From sequence record NZ_KX443406.1: DNA of 64,000 nucleotides. One strand, 5' to 3'. Of this stretch, positions 47,294 to 59,965 are shown in pieces. How positions within the stretch are numbered: position 1 is the stretch's first letter; each line of letters starts with the position of its first letter. Source of the DNA: a plasmid. The notes beneath the pieces are model-generated. The model saw only the letters and a program-made list of their open reading frames with translations. It searched no databases and was not told where the DNA came from. The translations under genes and the position numbers were made by a program.

Positions 47294-47656
47294 TCAGGAC
47301 TTCTTGACGACACTCGATTTCAGCTGCATGGCGCCGATGCCGTCGATCTTGCAGTCGATGTCATGGTCACCGATGCCAGCGACGAGGCGGATGTTGCGGA
47401 CTTTCGTGCCGGCCTTGATTCCTGTGGGGAGGCCCTTGACCTTCAGACTCTTGATGACGGTGACGGTGTCTCCATCGGTGAGGACGTTACCGACGGCGTC
47501 CTTGATCACCTCGGAGGGTGCACTGGTCGCGGCCTCGGAGATCGGCGCCCATTCGTGCGCGCATTCCGGGCACACCACCAGGGCGCCTATCTCGTAGGTG
47601 TACACATATGAGCACTGCGGGCATGGGGGAGGTGGCTGGTCCATTCGCGCCATCAT
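47294..47656 (-). CDS. phnA: PhnA-family zinc-ribbon protein
   Basis: CPQCSYVYTYE...CPECAHEW zinc ribbon plus C-terminal VKGLPTGIKAGTKVRNIRLVAGIGDHDIDCKIDGIGAMQLKSSVVKK. Confidence 0.7.
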   Translation of the reverse strand: MMARMDQPPPPCPQCSYVYTYEIGALVVCPECAHEWAPISEAATSAPSEVIKDAVGNVLTDGDTVTVIKSLKVKGLPTGIKAGTKVRNIRLVAGIGDHDIDCKIDGIGAMQLKSSVVKKS

Positions 47657-47830
47657 ATTCGAGGCGGTAGCCGGGCCGGACGTCCGTCATGCGCCACCCT
47701 GGCCGCAGCCAGGGTGGCGGAGCGAAGTCGGCACCTCGTCCTCTCCCACAGTCGTGGCGCGACAAGGGTTCTTGTGCTGCGCACCGACCGAGTTGTGCGT
47801 TCCACCTGGGGGATCGTCAATCCTTGGGTA

Positions 47831-48988
47831 TCAGCTGAGACGCTCGATGATGGTCACGTTCGCCGTGCCCCCGCCTTCGCAGATGGTTTGCAGGCCGTAG
47901 CGGCCGCCGGTGCGTTCGAGTTCATTGAGGAGGGTGGCGAACAGCTTTGTGCCGGTCGCGCCGAGGGGGTGGCCGAGTGCGATGGCGCCACCGTTGACGT
48001 TCACCTTCGCGGGATCAGCGCCAGTCTCCTTGATCCAAGACAGCACGACGGGGGCGAATGCCTCGTTGATCTCGACCACGTCGATGTCGTCGATGGTCAA
48101 CCCGGCCTTCGCCAGGGCGTACTTGGTGGCGGGGATAGGCGCGCCGAGCATGAAGATCGGGTCGGCTCCGCGGGCGCTGACATGGTGAATTCGTGCACGA
48201 GGGGTCAGACCATACTGCTGCACAGCCGATGCGGAGGCGAGCAGTGTTGCACTGGCGCCATCACAGATCTGGCTCGCCAGGGCAGCTGTCAGCCGGCCCC
48301 CCTCGACAAGGGTGCCGAGTGCGGACATCTTCTCCAGGCTGGTGTTGCGGGGGCACTCATCGACCGTGAACCGGGCGACGGGGACGATCTCGTTACCGAA
48401 ACGGCCTTCGGCGATGGCCCTGAGAGCACGTTCGTGGCTTTGTAGTGCCCATCGCTCCATGTCCTCGCGGGTGATATCCCACTTCTCGGCAATCATCTCG
48501 GCGCCGCGGAACTGCGAGACCTCCTGGTTGCCGTATCTGCGTTCCCAGCCGACGGCCCCCGCGAACGGAGTGTCGAACCCGAACTGCGCGCCGACGGCCA
48601 TCGCCGACGCGATCGGGATCATGCTCATGTTCTGAACGCCGCCGGCCACAACCAGATCCGCGGTGCCACTCATGATCGCCTGAGCTGCAAAGTGGACGGC
48701 CTGCTGGCTCGACCCACACTGACGGTCCACGGTGACCCCGGGGACTGCGTCGTCGAAGCCCGCGGTAAGCCAGGAGGTACGGGCGATGTTGCCGGCTTGC
48801 GGCCCGATCGCGTCGACGCACCCGAAGACGACGTCGTCGATCGACGACGGATCCAGAGGGGTGCGCACGAATAGTTGTTCGAGCACGGTAGCCCCGAGAT
48901 CGGCAGGATGAATCCCGGACAGGGCGCCCCCCTTTCGTCCCACTGGGGTTCGGATGGCATCAACTACATAGGCTTCGGGCATGAACAC
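47831..48988 (-). CDS. Acetyl-CoA C-acyltransferase (thiolase)
   Basis: Full-length thiolase with the active-site Cys block VDRQCGSSQQA and C-terminal [17 protein letters not shown] ... CEGGG. Confidence 0.85.
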   Translation of the reverse strand: MFMPEAYVVDAIRTPVGRKGGALSGIHPADLGATVLEQLFVRTPLDPSSIDDVVFGCVDAIGPQAGNIARTSWLTAGFDDAVPGVTVDRQCGSSQQAVHFAAQAIMSGTADLVVAGGVQNMSMIPIASAMAVGAQFGFDTPFAGAVGWERRYGNQEVSQFRGAEMIAEKWDITREDMERWALQSHERALRAIAEGRFGNEIVPVARFTVDECPRNTSLEKMSALGTLVEGGRLTAALASQICDGASATLLASASAVQQYGLTPRARIHHVSARGADPIFMLGAPIPATKYALAKAGLTIDDIDVVEINEAFAPVVLSWIKETGADPAKVNVNGGAIALGHPLGATGTKLFATLLNELERTGGRYGLQTICEGGGTANVTIIERLS

Positions 48989-49214
48989 TCCTCATCGATG
49001 TGGCACCACCGTCCGCGGCCGTGGATCTCGGTAGGAGGACTGAGCGAGGCCGTGTCTGGCGCAGAAAACAAGCAAGCGCTTGGTTTGATCACCATACTCC
49101 TTCAGGGCCCGTCCGCTGCCAGGCAGGACTCCAAGCGTTGGCGGAGACGTCTGTTTCCCATAGAGTTTTCGGCATCGGCGTGGGGTTCGCGGGCCCTAAC
49201 GCCCCCCGGAGGAG

Positions 49215-49850
49215 TTGACGATGAGCCCAGCGACCACGGCTGATCTGCAGGACCGGCGTGTCATGGAGACGGGCATTGCTGCGTTCGTGGGATTCGTCGA
49301 TGCGCTCGGCTTCGTGGTGCTCGGCGGTTTCTTCGTCTCTTCCGTCGATGCCACCACCACCCAGACCGGCGTCGCGTTGGGTGGCGGCATCCACTGGCCA
49401 CTCGGCCTGTTGGCGGCCATTCTCGGGAGCTTTCTGATCGGCGTCATGGCAGCAACATATGTGGGCCGGTGCTGGCCGAGGCGGCGCGTTACTGGGGCTT
49501 TCATGGTGGCGACAGCCGCGTTGGTGGCCAGTGGATTGATCGGGCAGATATCCGATTCTCGGGTGATGATCGGGTTCACTCTGGCCCTGGCCATGGGGTC
49601 GGCAAACACTCTCGTCGAACCTGCTGGTCTGCTCGTGGATATGGCGCGGGCCCTCTCCGAGCGCCTGCAGTCCACCCGCTCCCGAGTATGGGCACGGCAT
49701 CTACTGCTGTGGGTAGCCATGACACTCGGCGCCGCGGTCGGTGCAGTATTGGGGAGCCATCTAGGAACGAGCACCGCCTGGATCGCCGCAGCAATAGCCC
49801 TCCTCGTCGCGATACGCGCGGCCGTAACACCGAACGGGACACCGTCGTAG
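49215..49850 (+). CDS. DUF1275/YoaK-like membrane protein
   Basis: 6-TM profile, Gly-rich helices. Confidence 0.5.
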   Translation: MTMSPATTADLQDRRVMETGIAAFVGFVDALGFVVLGGFFVSSVDATTTQTGVALGGGIHWPLGLLAAILGSFLIGVMAATYVGRCWPRRRVTGAFMVATAALVASGLIGQISDSRVMIGFTLALAMGSANTLVEPAGLLVDMARALSERLQSTRSRVWARHLLLWVAMTLGAAVGAVLGSHLGTSTAWIAAAIALLVAIRAAVTPNGTPS

Positions 49851-49947
49851 GGGTCCACACGCGAGAAGCTCAGAGGGGTTGAGTCCTCAGCCGTCTGCCG
49901 TGGTGTCGGCCGTCGGGGAAATGTCTCGACGGCCGACACCACGATGG

Positions 49948-50667
<720 letters not shown>

Positions 50668-50839
50668 CTACAACCTCCACTGTGAGAACTAAAACACGTT
50701 CTTATTAACACACAGAACGTCAAGTTGCTAAGATTCGCAATTAGTGTGGGAGGATGGGTTGAACGCACGCATAGTCGAGAAGGTGCACGCGACTGCTCGA
50801 GGTGGGCACGCGGATGCTAAGAGTAGGACGGGAGGCGTC

Positions 50840-51205
50840 ATGGTTGCGAGTTCGCGCCAACCGCTGTACCAGATGAAGGCGGACTTCTTCAAGACGCTGG
50901 GGCACCCCGCCCGCATTCGCGTTCTGGAATTGCTCAGCGAACGCGATCATGCCGTCTCGGAGATGTTGCCTGAGGTCGGAATCGAGCCGGCGAACCTGTC
51001 GCAACAACTGTCGATACTCCGTAGAGCGGGCCTGGTCACAGGCAAGCGTGAAGGCTTGTCCGTTTCATACGCCCTGACGTCGCCACACATTGCCGACCTC
51101 CTGGCGATCGCCCGGGAAATCTTGACCGGCGTCGTCGCCGGCCAAGCCGAGTTACTCGAAGACCTCCCGCAGTCCGCCGCGTTGGTCGGCGAGTCCACCG
51201 GCTGA
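50840..51205 (+). CDS. ArsR/SmtB-family HTH regulator
   Basis: FKTLGHPARIRVLELLSERDHAVSEMLPEVGIEPANLSQQLSILRRAGLV. Confidence 0.7.
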   Translation: MVASSRQPLYQMKADFFKTLGHPARIRVLELLSERDHAVSEMLPEVGIEPANLSQQLSILRRAGLVTGKREGLSVSYALTSPHIADLLAIAREILTGVVAGQAELLEDLPQSAALVGESTG

Positions 51206-51269
51206 CGGATCCGCTCGGGCAGGTGAACAGCGCGCAACTACTGATTGCAAATGTTCTTACATAGGCATC

Positions 51270-52163
51270 TTGCAGGAACGGATCACGAGGGTGGCTGACG
51301 AAGACAACGACACAGGCATCGTCGACGGTGAGGATCTGAGGCTGCCCTCGATCGACGCCGCCGTTGTGACCGTAGGGGCGGCGGCTCACGGGGGCCGTAC
51401 TCGGATATCCCCGCAGGTCTCGCCGTGGACAGTGATGGAACAGTATGCGGATCTGATCTGCACCCGAACGCCACTGCGGGTATTGCGTCTGCCCATGACC
51501 ACGGGGGATGTTCAGCTCGTCGCATCGCGCATAGTCACCACGGCACCGCGTGTGTCGTTGGCGTTCGTGACGGGCGTCGGAGCCGGGGAGTCCGCCCGAG
51601 TCAAGAGTGAGGTCGCCTCTCAGGGCGGCCCACTGGTCCTCACCGAACTTGACGTGATCACCGCAGCACTAGCCGGAACCACGATCTCTATTCTTCGTCG
51701 TAGTGGTGCTGCGCCAGGTTTCGGGCGGATCGTGATCAATGGGCCCGAGCGTGCACCCCTACTCGGCCCGACCTTGATGAAGTCCGGGATCGCGGAGATC
51801 ACCAACTGGCACAGCAGTGACGCTCACGCCTTTCCGCTCCGGCGATTGATGGAGCACCACGACGTTCTGATCGATCTCGCCGGCACTGCGGCTGACACCG
51901 ACGCTCCCGGCCGCACGGTGCGCTACCCAGCCGAGCCGTTCCGGCTCGGACAGTTGATCGTGCCCGGTCTGATCGGCGCTCTTTGTGGGCACGAGATCGG
52001 GGAAGTCACCGCGGAGATTCTTGCCGCTGCCGCGAGGGCTCTGGCGTTGATCACACCGGTAGGGCAGGCCTTGCCTGATCCGGGTGACAGCCTCGTCACG
52101 CCCGCGATCGCACGCCAGGTCGGTCGTGTCGTCATCCACCTGACCGACCGTGGGACGCACTAG
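51270..52163 (+). CDS. Hypothetical protein, possibly malic-enzyme-like NAD(P)-binding domain
   Basis: TTG start; weak resemblance only ([42 protein letters not shown]). Confidence 0.3.
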   Translation: MQERITRVADEDNDTGIVDGEDLRLPSIDAAVVTVGAAAHGGRTRISPQVSPWTVMEQYADLICTRTPLRVLRLPMTTGDVQLVASRIVTTAPRVSLAFVTGVGAGESARVKSEVASQGGPLVLTELDVITAALAGTTISILRRSGAAPGFGRIVINGPERAPLLGPTLMKSGIAEITNWHSSDAHAFPLRRLMEHHDVLIDLAGTAADTDAPGRTVRYPAEPFRLGQLIVPGLIGALCGHEIGEVTAEILAAAARALALITPVGQALPDPGDSLVTPAIARQVGRVVIHLTDRGTH

Positions 52164-52216
52164 ATGGAGCCCGGCCGCACCGACCGAAACCCGACGACCT
52201 CTGTGAGGAGAACACC

Positions 52217-54109
52217 GTGACCACCACACCCCCCGTGACGGGTATCGGGGCAGCACCGACCACACACAAAGATATCGAGTCCTGGGTCGCCGGCGTCGCC
52301 GATCTCACCGCTCCGGACGCGGTCGTGTGGTGCGATGGCTCCGGCGGCGAATGGGACCGCCTGACGACCCAATTGGTCGACAAGGGCACGTTCGTTCGCC
52401 TGGAGGGCAAGCCGAACTCGTTCTGGTGTGCCTCGGATCCCGAGGACGTCGCTCGGGTGGAGGATCGCACGTTCATATGCTCGGCATCGCCGTCCGATGC
52501 CGGTCCGACGAACAACTGGATGGATCCTGTCGACATGAAGACAGTGATGACCGAGCACTATCGCGGCGCGATGGTCGGCCGCACGATGTACGTCATCGCC
52601 TTCTGCATGGGTCCCATCGATGCCGCCGAGCCCAAGTTCGGAGTCCAGATCACCGACTCGGAATACGTCGCCGTCTCGATGCAGATCATGACCCGATCCG
52701 GGACACAGGTGTGGGAAAAGCTCGCTACTGGAGTGGACTTCGTCAAGTGCCTCCACTCGGTCGGGTCCCCGCTGTACCCGGGCCAGGTCGACTCCACGTG
52801 GCCGTGCGATCACACCAAGTACATCTCCCACTTCCCGGAGGAGCGGATGATCTGGAGCTACGGCTCCGGCTACGGTGGCAACGCACTCCTCGGTAAGAAG
52901 TGCTACTCGCTGCGCATCGCGTCGAAGATGGCCAAGGACGAGGGCTGGCTCGCCGAGCACATGCTCATCCTCAAGCTCACCTCTCCCGAGAAGAAGACCC
53001 ACTACATCGCGGCGGCCTTCCCGTCCTCGTGCGGTAAGACGAACCTCGCGATGCTCGAACCCACGCTCGATGGGTGGACCGCGGAGACCATCGGCGACGA
53101 CATCGCTTGGATGCGCTTCGGCGCAGACGGACGCCTCTACGCCGTCAACCCGGAAGCCGGCTTCTTCGGCGTCGCACCGGGCACCGGGGTGCACACCAAC
53201 CCCCACGCGATGGCGACCATCGAACGGGGAAACTCGATCTTCACCAACGTCGCCCTCACCGACGACGGCGACGTCTGGTGGGAAGGCATGACCGATCAGC
53301 CGCCCGCGCATCTGACGGACTGGCGCCGCCAGAGCTGGACTCCCAATGCGGAAAGACCTGCCGCGCACCCGAACTCGCGCTACTGCACACCGATCGCTCA
53401 GTGTCCGACCGTCGCCCCGGAGTGGAACGACCCCGCCGGCGTACCGATCTCGGCGATCTTCTTCGGCGGTCGCCGCGCCACCACGATCCCCCTCGTCACC
53501 GAGGCCTCGAGTTGGCAACACGGGGTGTTCCTCGCCTCCACCCTGTCGTCGGAAACCACCGCCGCGGCCACCGGCAAGGTCGGTGTGGTGCGCCGCGACC
53601 CCATGGCCATGCTTCCGTTCCTCGGCTACCACGTCGGCGACTACTTCGCGCACTGGCTCGACATTGGTACCAAGTCGGATCCGGAGAAGCTCCCGAGGAT
53701 CTTCTACGTCAACTGGTTCCGGCGTAGCGACGGCGGTGAGTTCTTGTGGCCGGGCTTCGGGGAGAACTCCCGGATTCTCAAGTGGGCGCTGCAACGCATC
53801 GACGGCTCTGCCGGAGCCGACGTCACCCCGATCGGGAATGTCCCCACTGTCGACGATCTCGACCTGACCGGTCTACAGATCGACCAAACTGCGGTAGCGG
53901 CCGCACTGAAAGTTGATCCGAGCGAATGGATCTCCGAGATCCGCCTGATCGACGAGTGGTTCGCCACCATCGGCGGTAACACCCTCCCCGATGCCCTACG
54001 CGAGGAACTCGCCGACCTCAAGCTGCGATTGAACGGCCAGGAGCTCGACGGCTACTCGATGCCGGTCCGCGACCAGGCTTTCCGTCGGGTTCGCCGAGCC
54101 GACCGCTGA
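52217..54109 (+). CDS. pckG: Phosphoenolpyruvate carboxykinase (GTP)
   Basis: Conserved GTP-PEPCK blocks: [58 protein letters not shown]. Confidence 0.9.
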   Translation: MTTTPPVTGIGAAPTTHKDIESWVAGVADLTAPDAVVWCDGSGGEWDRLTTQLVDKGTFVRLEGKPNSFWCASDPEDVARVEDRTFICSASPSDAGPTNNWMDPVDMKTVMTEHYRGAMVGRTMYVIAFCMGPIDAAEPKFGVQITDSEYVAVSMQIMTRSGTQVWEKLATGVDFVKCLHSVGSPLYPGQVDSTWPCDHTKYISHFPEERMIWSYGSGYGGNALLGKKCYSLRIASKMAKDEGWLAEHMLILKLTSPEKKTHYIAAAFPSSCGKTNLAMLEPTLDGWTAETIGDDIAWMRFGADGRLYAVNPEAGFFGVAPGTGVHTNPHAMATIERGNSIFTNVALTDDGDVWWEGMTDQPPAHLTDWRRQSWTPNAERPAAHPNSRYCTPIAQCPTVAPEWNDPAGVPISAIFFGGRRATTIPLVTEASSWQHGVFLASTLSSETTAAATGKVGVVRRDPMAMLPFLGYHVGDYFAHWLDIGTKSDPEKLPRIFYVNWFRRSDGGEFLWPGFGENSRILKWALQRIDGSAGADVTPIGNVPTVDDLDLTGLQIDQTAVAAALKVDPSEWISEIRLIDEWFATIGGNTLPDALREELADLKLRLNGQELDGYSMPVRDQAFRRVRRADR

Positions 54110-54254
54110 GACGGCCACCGCCGCAGAGACGCCACACCCCCGATACGAGGCGTGGAGCGTGACACGTCGATCCCCCACGCTCTGCGTCTTCGTGGTCGGC
54201 CTGAGCCGAACCGATCTCGGCTCGGGCCGACCGCGTCCCTCCGTCAGCCGTGAC

Positions 54255-54449
54255 CTACCTTCCCCCTCGGTGAGCGCGGCTGGCGGAGCGGAAGGGATCG
54301 CCAGTGGCGGCCACTACCATCGCCCCTTCGCCGCAGCGCGGGCAGGAACCGTCACCTACCCGCAGCGCGGACGGCCGACACAACAATCCACAGTCCGTGC
54401 ATCGCAGTATCTGCCCACGAAGTCGGCTGAACGGTGTAACACGCATCAT
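54255..54449 (-). CDS. Small zinc-ribbon protein (65 aa)
   Basis: CTDCGLLC...CPRCGEG Cys4 motif. Confidence 0.3.
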   Translation of the reverse strand: MMRVTPFSRLRGQILRCTDCGLLCRPSALRVGDGSCPRCGEGAMVVAATGDPFRSASRAHRGGR

Positions 54450-54529
54450 CTAACCCTCCATCGCCATTAGTTGCTAACATTAGCAATTAGTGAGTTCGAG
54501 AGACTATCGGCATACTGAGGAATCTGCAT

Positions 54530-56275
54530 ATGGCTGAACTGGGAAACCCGAACGGGGCGGCGAACGCGACAACACCCACCCGTGGCCGACGCGGCGGCAC
54601 CATCCGGTCAGTCACCGAGCTCCTGCCCCGGTGGAGCGATTGGAAGCCTGCGCTCCGGGCTCCAGGCGCTGACTTGCTTGCCGGCCTCATCGTCGCGCTG
54701 GTCGCGCTGCCACTGGCGTTGGGCTTCGGTGTCAGCACTGGTCTCGGCGCCGCGGCCGGCTTGACAACGGCTGTCATCGCCGGCGCGGTCGCGGCGGTGT
54801 TCGGCGGGTCCCGCTTCCAGGTGTCGGGCCCTACCGGGGCGATGACGGTGGTCCTGGTCCCCATCGTGGCGCAGTACGGGCCGTCGGGGGTATTGGCGGT
54901 CGGCTTGATCGCTGGGATCGTGCTCGTCGTGTTGGCGTTCGCCGGTGTCGGACGGGCGGTGCGGTACATGCCAGCTCCGGTGATCGAGGGGTTCACCGCG
55001 GGTATCGCCGTTGTCATCGCACTCCAGCAGGTCCCGGCCGCCCTGGGTATTTCGGGGGCCGAAGGCGAGAAGGTATGGCAGAGCGCGTTCGACGCGGCCC
55101 GCAGATTCGTGGAAAGCCCGTCGATTCTGACCCCAGCGATCGCCCTCGTGGTGGCCGCGACGATTCTTGTCGGTGGCCGTTTTTTCCCGAGGGTCCCTTT
55201 TTCCCTCGTGGCGGTGGCTGCTGCGACCGGAGCCGCGCAATTGTTCAACCTGAACATTGTGCGTATTGGTGCCATTCCGTCCGGTTTTTCCGCGCCGACG
55301 CTGAGCTTTCTACATCTGGGTGATCTCACGTCGTTGATCGGACCAGCTCTGGCCGTCGCCGCGTTGGCTGCACTCGAATCGCTGCTGTCGGCGACCGCCG
55401 CCGATTCGATGGCCGTCGGTACCAGACACAACCCTGACCGGGAGCTGTTCGGTCAGGGTTTGGCGAACATCGCCGCACCTCTGTTCGGTGGGGTCCCTGC
55501 CACCGGCGCCATCGCGAGGACCGCGGTCAACGTCCGCTCCGGAGCCCGTACCCGACTCGCCGCCCTGACCCATGCGCTCATCCTCGCGGTGATCGTGTAC
55601 CTGGCCGCCGGACTCGTGGCAGAGATCCCGTTGGCTGCTCTCGCTGGTGTCCTACTGGCCACCACCGTCCGGATGGTCGAAACCGCGTCTATTCTTGCGA
55701 TCGCCCGCGCCACCCGAGCAGACACCGTCGTGATGATCGCAACATTCCTCGTCACCGTCGTCTTCGATCTGGTGACAGCGGTCGCGGTCGGTGTCGGATT
55801 CGCCGCGGTCCTTGCGCTCCGTGCCGTCGCCAAGTCGGCGCGAATCGAGCAGGTTCCGCTCGAAACCGACGACCACATAGTCGAGGAGCACGAACTTCTC
55901 CGCGAACATATCGTCGCCTACCGCATCGACGGTGCCCTGTTTTTCGCCGCCGCGCACCGCTTCCTTCTGGAACTTGCCGAGGTCTCAGACGTGAAGGTCG
56001 TGATCTTGCGAATGTCTCGGATCACAGCCCTCGACGCCACGGGCGCCATCGTCCTCAAGGATGCCATCAGCAAACTCGAACACCGCCACATCACGGTACT
56101 GATCTCGGGCATCAAACCCGAGCACTTGCGTCCACTCGAAGCGCTCGGAGTGTTCACCACCACCGACAGCGAGAAGCGACACATCTTCGCCACGACACCG
56201 CGCGCGATCAGCTACGCCCGAATGCTTGTCCTCCCCGACGGCCACTACGCCGCCTCCACGAGTGATCAGGACTAA
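54530..56275 (+). CDS. SulP-family anion transporter with C-terminal STAS domain
   Basis: SulP signature region (AGLIVALVALPLALGFGVSTGLGAAAGL...FGGSRFQVSGPTGAM) and a STAS-like C-terminus. Confidence 0.85.
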   Translation: MAELGNPNGAANATTPTRGRRGGTIRSVTELLPRWSDWKPALRAPGADLLAGLIVALVALPLALGFGVSTGLGAAAGLTTAVIAGAVAAVFGGSRFQVSGPTGAMTVVLVPIVAQYGPSGVLAVGLIAGIVLVVLAFAGVGRAVRYMPAPVIEGFTAGIAVVIALQQVPAALGISGAEGEKVWQSAFDAARRFVESPSILTPAIALVVAATILVGGRFFPRVPFSLVAVAAATGAAQLFNLNIVRIGAIPSGFSAPTLSFLHLGDLTSLIGPALAVAALAALESLLSATAADSMAVGTRHNPDRELFGQGLANIAAPLFGGVPATGAIARTAVNVRSGARTRLAALTHALILAVIVYLAAGLVAEIPLAALAGVLLATTVRMVETASILAIARATRADTVVMIATFLVTVVFDLVTAVAVGVGFAAVLALRAVAKSARIEQVPLETDDHIVEEHELLREHIVAYRIDGALFFAAAHRFLLELAEVSDVKVVILRMSRITALDATGAIVLKDAISKLEHRHITVLISGIKPEHLRPLEALGVFTTTDSEKRHIFATTPRAISYARMLVLPDGHYAASTSDQD

Positions 56276-56278
56276 CCG

Positions 56279-56671
56279 ATGCAATCCAGCACACCCACCC
56301 GAACACCGACAGCGCGCCAGCGCTTCGCTTACCTCGCCGGCCGACCCCTCCCGCCAGACCTCCACGAGTGGGTGATCGCCGACGTCACCGGCCCAGGAGC
56401 CACCCGCCGCTACGCGGTCCGTTGTCTGATCCCGCTCGCCCCGATCCTGGCGACCCTGCTGTTCATACCCGGACCGTGGCTCATCCGAATCAGCATGGTT
56501 CTCCTGCTCTTTCTACCGTTCGTGTATTTCCTGATTGCGCTGAAGAACATCTATCTACGTCACCGCCTCGTCAGCCACGGCCTCGATCCCAAGTTCCTCG
56601 ACAAGCGCAAGCAGTCGCGCCTCGACAAGGAACGCGGTGACTACGAGACCCGATACCGGCATACCCGCTAG
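56279..56671 (+). CDS. DUF5313-like small membrane protein (commonly linked to SulP)
   Basis: Two TM segments; position 4 bp after the SulP stop. Confidence 0.45.
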   Translation: MQSSTPTRTPTARQRFAYLAGRPLPPDLHEWVIADVTGPGATRRYAVRCLIPLAPILATLLFIPGPWLIRISMVLLLFLPFVYFLIALKNIYLRHRLVSHGLDPKFLDKRKQSRLDKERGDYETRYRHTR

Positions 56672-56909
56672 AGCGCGCACCGTCGGTGAAGAACCGAACA
56701 TCAACTGTTTTGTTTCGGCGCGCCGATGCGCCTACAGCCTCCACAGCGGCGCTCCTGCCCTGTCTCGGATACGGACGACCTCGTGATCATGAACACGGAC
56801 CATGTTGCGCGGATCCGGCAGCACCATCCCGAGGCGGCCCGCGCATCGTCCGGTAGCGACGAAACCGGTCACGCGCCCGCCTGATTTGAACGACGAAAGG
56901 ACCTTACGC

Positions 56910-57737
56910 ATGCCCCTTGCCACCCTCAACGGCGTTCGGCTCAATTACACCGTCACCGGCACAGGTCCGCTGGTCGTACTTGTGATGGGGAGCGGCAGCC
57001 CCGGGCGCGTCTGGAACTCGTACCAGGTTCCCGCCCTCGTGAAGGCCGGATTCCGCGTCGTCACATTCGACAACCGCGGGATCGCGCCCTCAGATGAGGG
57101 CAACGACACTATGAGCATCGATGATCTTGCAGCCGACACAGCTGCCCTCATCGAGCATCTCGACGGCGCACCGGCTCACGTCGTCGGCACCTCCCTGGGT
57201 GCCCGCATTGTCCAGGAACGCGCTCTCGCTCGCCCTGGGGTCGTAGCCAAAGCGGTGCTGATGGCGACCACCGGACGACCGAACCCGGTCGAGGACACCT
57301 TCAACCGAGCACGACAAGCCCTCTACGACCAGAGTGTCGACTTGCCACCGCAATATTCGGCAGCAGTGAACGCGCTCACTTGTTTGTCGCCTCGAACACT
57401 CGAGAACCCTGACAAGGCACAAGAATGGTTGGACATCTTCGAGTTCTCCGCAACACCACGGATCACCGCGGGTGCGCGAGCTCAGCTCGCCATGGACCGA
57501 TCCCGTAATCGACTCGACGCCTATTCCCGCATCACCGCGCCGACATTGGTCATCGGATTCGCCGACGATCGGATGACACCACCGTCGTACGGCCGCGAAG
57601 TAGCTCACGCAATTCCGGGCGCTCGCTACGAAGAAATCGCTGACTGCGGCCACTACGGATACCTCGAGCGGCCCGACGAGACCAATCGACTGTTGATCGG
57701 GTTCTTGACCGATACCGGACGCCATCGCAAGGAATGA
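56910..57737 (+). CDS. Alpha/beta-fold hydrolase
   Basis: RBS GAAAGGA; nucleophile elbow GTSLG; HG oxyanion region VVLVMGSGSPG. Confidence 0.7.
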   Translation: MPLATLNGVRLNYTVTGTGPLVVLVMGSGSPGRVWNSYQVPALVKAGFRVVTFDNRGIAPSDEGNDTMSIDDLAADTAALIEHLDGAPAHVVGTSLGARIVQERALARPGVVAKAVLMATTGRPNPVEDTFNRARQALYDQSVDLPPQYSAAVNALTCLSPRTLENPDKAQEWLDIFEFSATPRITAGARAQLAMDRSRNRLDAYSRITAPTLVIGFADDRMTPPSYGREVAHAIPGARYEEIADCGHYGYLERPDETNRLLIGFLTDTGRHRKE

Positions 57738-58789
57738 AGAGTCGTATCGCCCGAACCCTCTCCCCTGACCGGCACACGCGCCGGGCACTCGGTTGGGTAG
57801 GGGCACACGCTGCTAGCGCCCCGTTCGTGCACGCTGCGAAAGACAACACACGCGGAGAGACCGCCAGCCCTGACCCGCCTAGTGCAGAAGCGAAGATGAG
57901 CGCCCACCCGAAATGGCGTTCTGACAGTCAGTCGTCGTCTCCCTGAAAAGGCAGGTAGTCAACCACGTACTTCTCACGTAGTGCTCGTCCTACCCCGGGG
58001 GGGACTCTTGAAGAGTCAAACGGCTTGGTCTAGGAGCGTGATGCAGTGTTTCGCGGTCGTCGCAGGTTCAGTGCAATCCTCCCTGCGGATTCTCTCGATG
58101 GACAGTAGGGTCAGTCGTCGCTTGCCGTCCCATACAACAAGGACTTCACGCTCGAACGCCGGCCCCCCGAAGAATGATGGCAATCATCGCGCTCGACAAC
58201 GGACCGTGGTGCTTTGCATGGCTCGTCGGGCGTGGACGTCCCGCCTCGGGGGTGCGAGCCCAGTTCCTCAGACGCGAGGCCGGTGAGACGTACCCGACTT
58301 TTACGCTCGCTACAGGAGCGTCGTAGATGATGCACGCGCAGGTAGGACGGTATCGCCGACCGCCAGTCGAAGTTGCTCGGAGAGTCGGCGCCGCTGACAG
58401 CGGATCAGCAGTTAGGCTTCCCACCGTGGTGTTGGTCTGGAGGGGAATCCGGAGAACACCCACCCGAACGCCCTGACTCTAGCGGGGCGTTCGGCGTCTG
58501 TGCTCGGGGTCGTGGACCTTCCCGCTACATGAGATTCCGGCACGGCCTTATCCAGCAAAGATCCTCGCTAGGACATCGATCGGTTTGCTATCGGTTGTGT
58601 GTGGCCTCTCATCAGATGGCAGTGACCGAGTGAGCTGAATTCGGAGACACACAGGCCGTAGTCGGGTCCTGCGCTTGCTGTCGAGAAGCCCCTGTCCTCC
58701 ACGGGACGATGCCTCGAACGTTTCGGCAGCATTCCGAATGCCACCTGCAGGACGTGAATTCTCAAGCTGTCGGTAGTGCTCTCTAGCTT

Positions 58790-59965
58790 GTGATCGTGAA
58801 CTTGCAAAGTACGCACGGGAAGACTGTCACCACACCACGTACTCTCGTGACCACTACGTTGTCGGCGAACATGTTGAGTGCCGCATCGGCAGCACTCGTC
58901 GGCAACGCGGTGACGGCGTCGAAGTCGGAGAACACCCGCCGGGCGTACGTGTCGGATTGGCGCCGTTTCGAACGCTGGTGCGCAGCACAGGGACATGGGG
59001 TGTTGCCGGCGGATCCGTTGGTGGTCGCCGCGTATCTCGCCGAGGCCGCGGAACTCCGGGACGAGGCCGGTGGGCGGGTGTATGCGCCGGCAACGTTGAC
59101 GCGGTGGGTCGCGGCGATCGGGCACCGCCACCGCGCCGCCGGGCATACCGCGCCCGGGTCGGCGGAGGTGGTCGCGGCGACACTGTCGGGGATCCGCCGC
59201 ACCTACGCCGCAGCCGGGGACCGTCCCCCGAAGCGGGTGGCCCCGTTGCTGGCCGAGGATGTCGTCGCGATCGTCACCGCCGCCCGCCAGACCGCGAACG
59301 GGTGGGCCGGCCAGGTCTACGAGCGGCGGGACAGCGCCGTGTTGTTGATGGGGTTCGCGGGCGCATTCCGCCGCTCGGAGCTCGCCGGATTTCAGATCGG
59401 CGATATCACTCGGCACCGGCACGACGGCCTGCATGTGCGGCTGCGGAAGTCGAAGACCGACCAGGACGGTGCCGGCACCGTCCGAGCCCTGCCGTACACC
59501 GACTCGCACCGCTCCTGCCCGCCGTGTGCGTATCTGCGGTGGCTGCACGTCGTTGCCGCCTTCGACACCGGCGGCCGCACGGCGGTGATCCGCCTCCTGC
59601 GCAGTGCCCCCGACGGCGACGGGCACGTGTGCCGGGGCGCCTGGCCCCAGGCGCCGGACAGGCTCGCGCCGGTGTTCAGGTCGGTGCGCCGCAACGGAAT
59701 CCTGTCGACCACCGGATTGTCGGGGGCGGCGATCCACAAACGGATCCGCCAACGGGCCGCCGCCGCCGGATATGACCCGGTGCTGGTCGATCAGCTCGGT
59801 GGGCATTCGCTGCGGGCCGGGTTCGTCACCCAGGCCTTCCGCAACGGCGCCGATGCGCACGCGATCATGCGGCAGACCGGGCACGCGAGCCCGGTCATGC
59901 TCGAGGTCTACGCCCGCGAGCACTCCCCCCTGGTCGGCAACGCCGTCACCACCATCGGCCTGTGA
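58790..59965 (+). CDS. Tyrosine-type site-specific recombinase/integrase
   Basis: N-terminal SAM-like core-binding domain; C-terminal R...HSLRAGFVT...MRQTGHAS...Y catalytic signature. Confidence 0.75.
   Translation: MIVNLQSTHGKTVTTPRTLVTTTLSANMLSAASAALVGNAVTASKSENTRRAYVSDWRRFERWCAAQGHGVLPADPLVVAAYLAEAAELRDEAGGRVYAPATLTRWVAAIGHRHRAAGHTAPGSAEVVAATLSGIRRTYAAAGDRPPKRVAPLLAEDVVAIVTAARQTANGWAGQVYERRDSAVLLMGFAGAFRRSELAGFQIGDITRHRHDGLHVRLRKSKTDQDGAGTVRALPYTDSHRSCPPCAYLRWLHVVAAFDTGGRTAVIRLLRSAPDGDGHVCRGAWPQAPDRLAPVFRSVRRNGILSTTGLSGAAIHKRIRQRAAAAGYDPVLVDQLGGHSLRAGFVTQAFRNGADAHAIMRQTGHASPVMLEVYAREHSPLVGNAVTTIGL

Noticed and set aside
52160-53794. 544-aa minus-strand ORF antisense to pckG
   Set aside because: Same-sense PEPCK is unambiguous; the antisense ORF is a low-complexity GC artefact.
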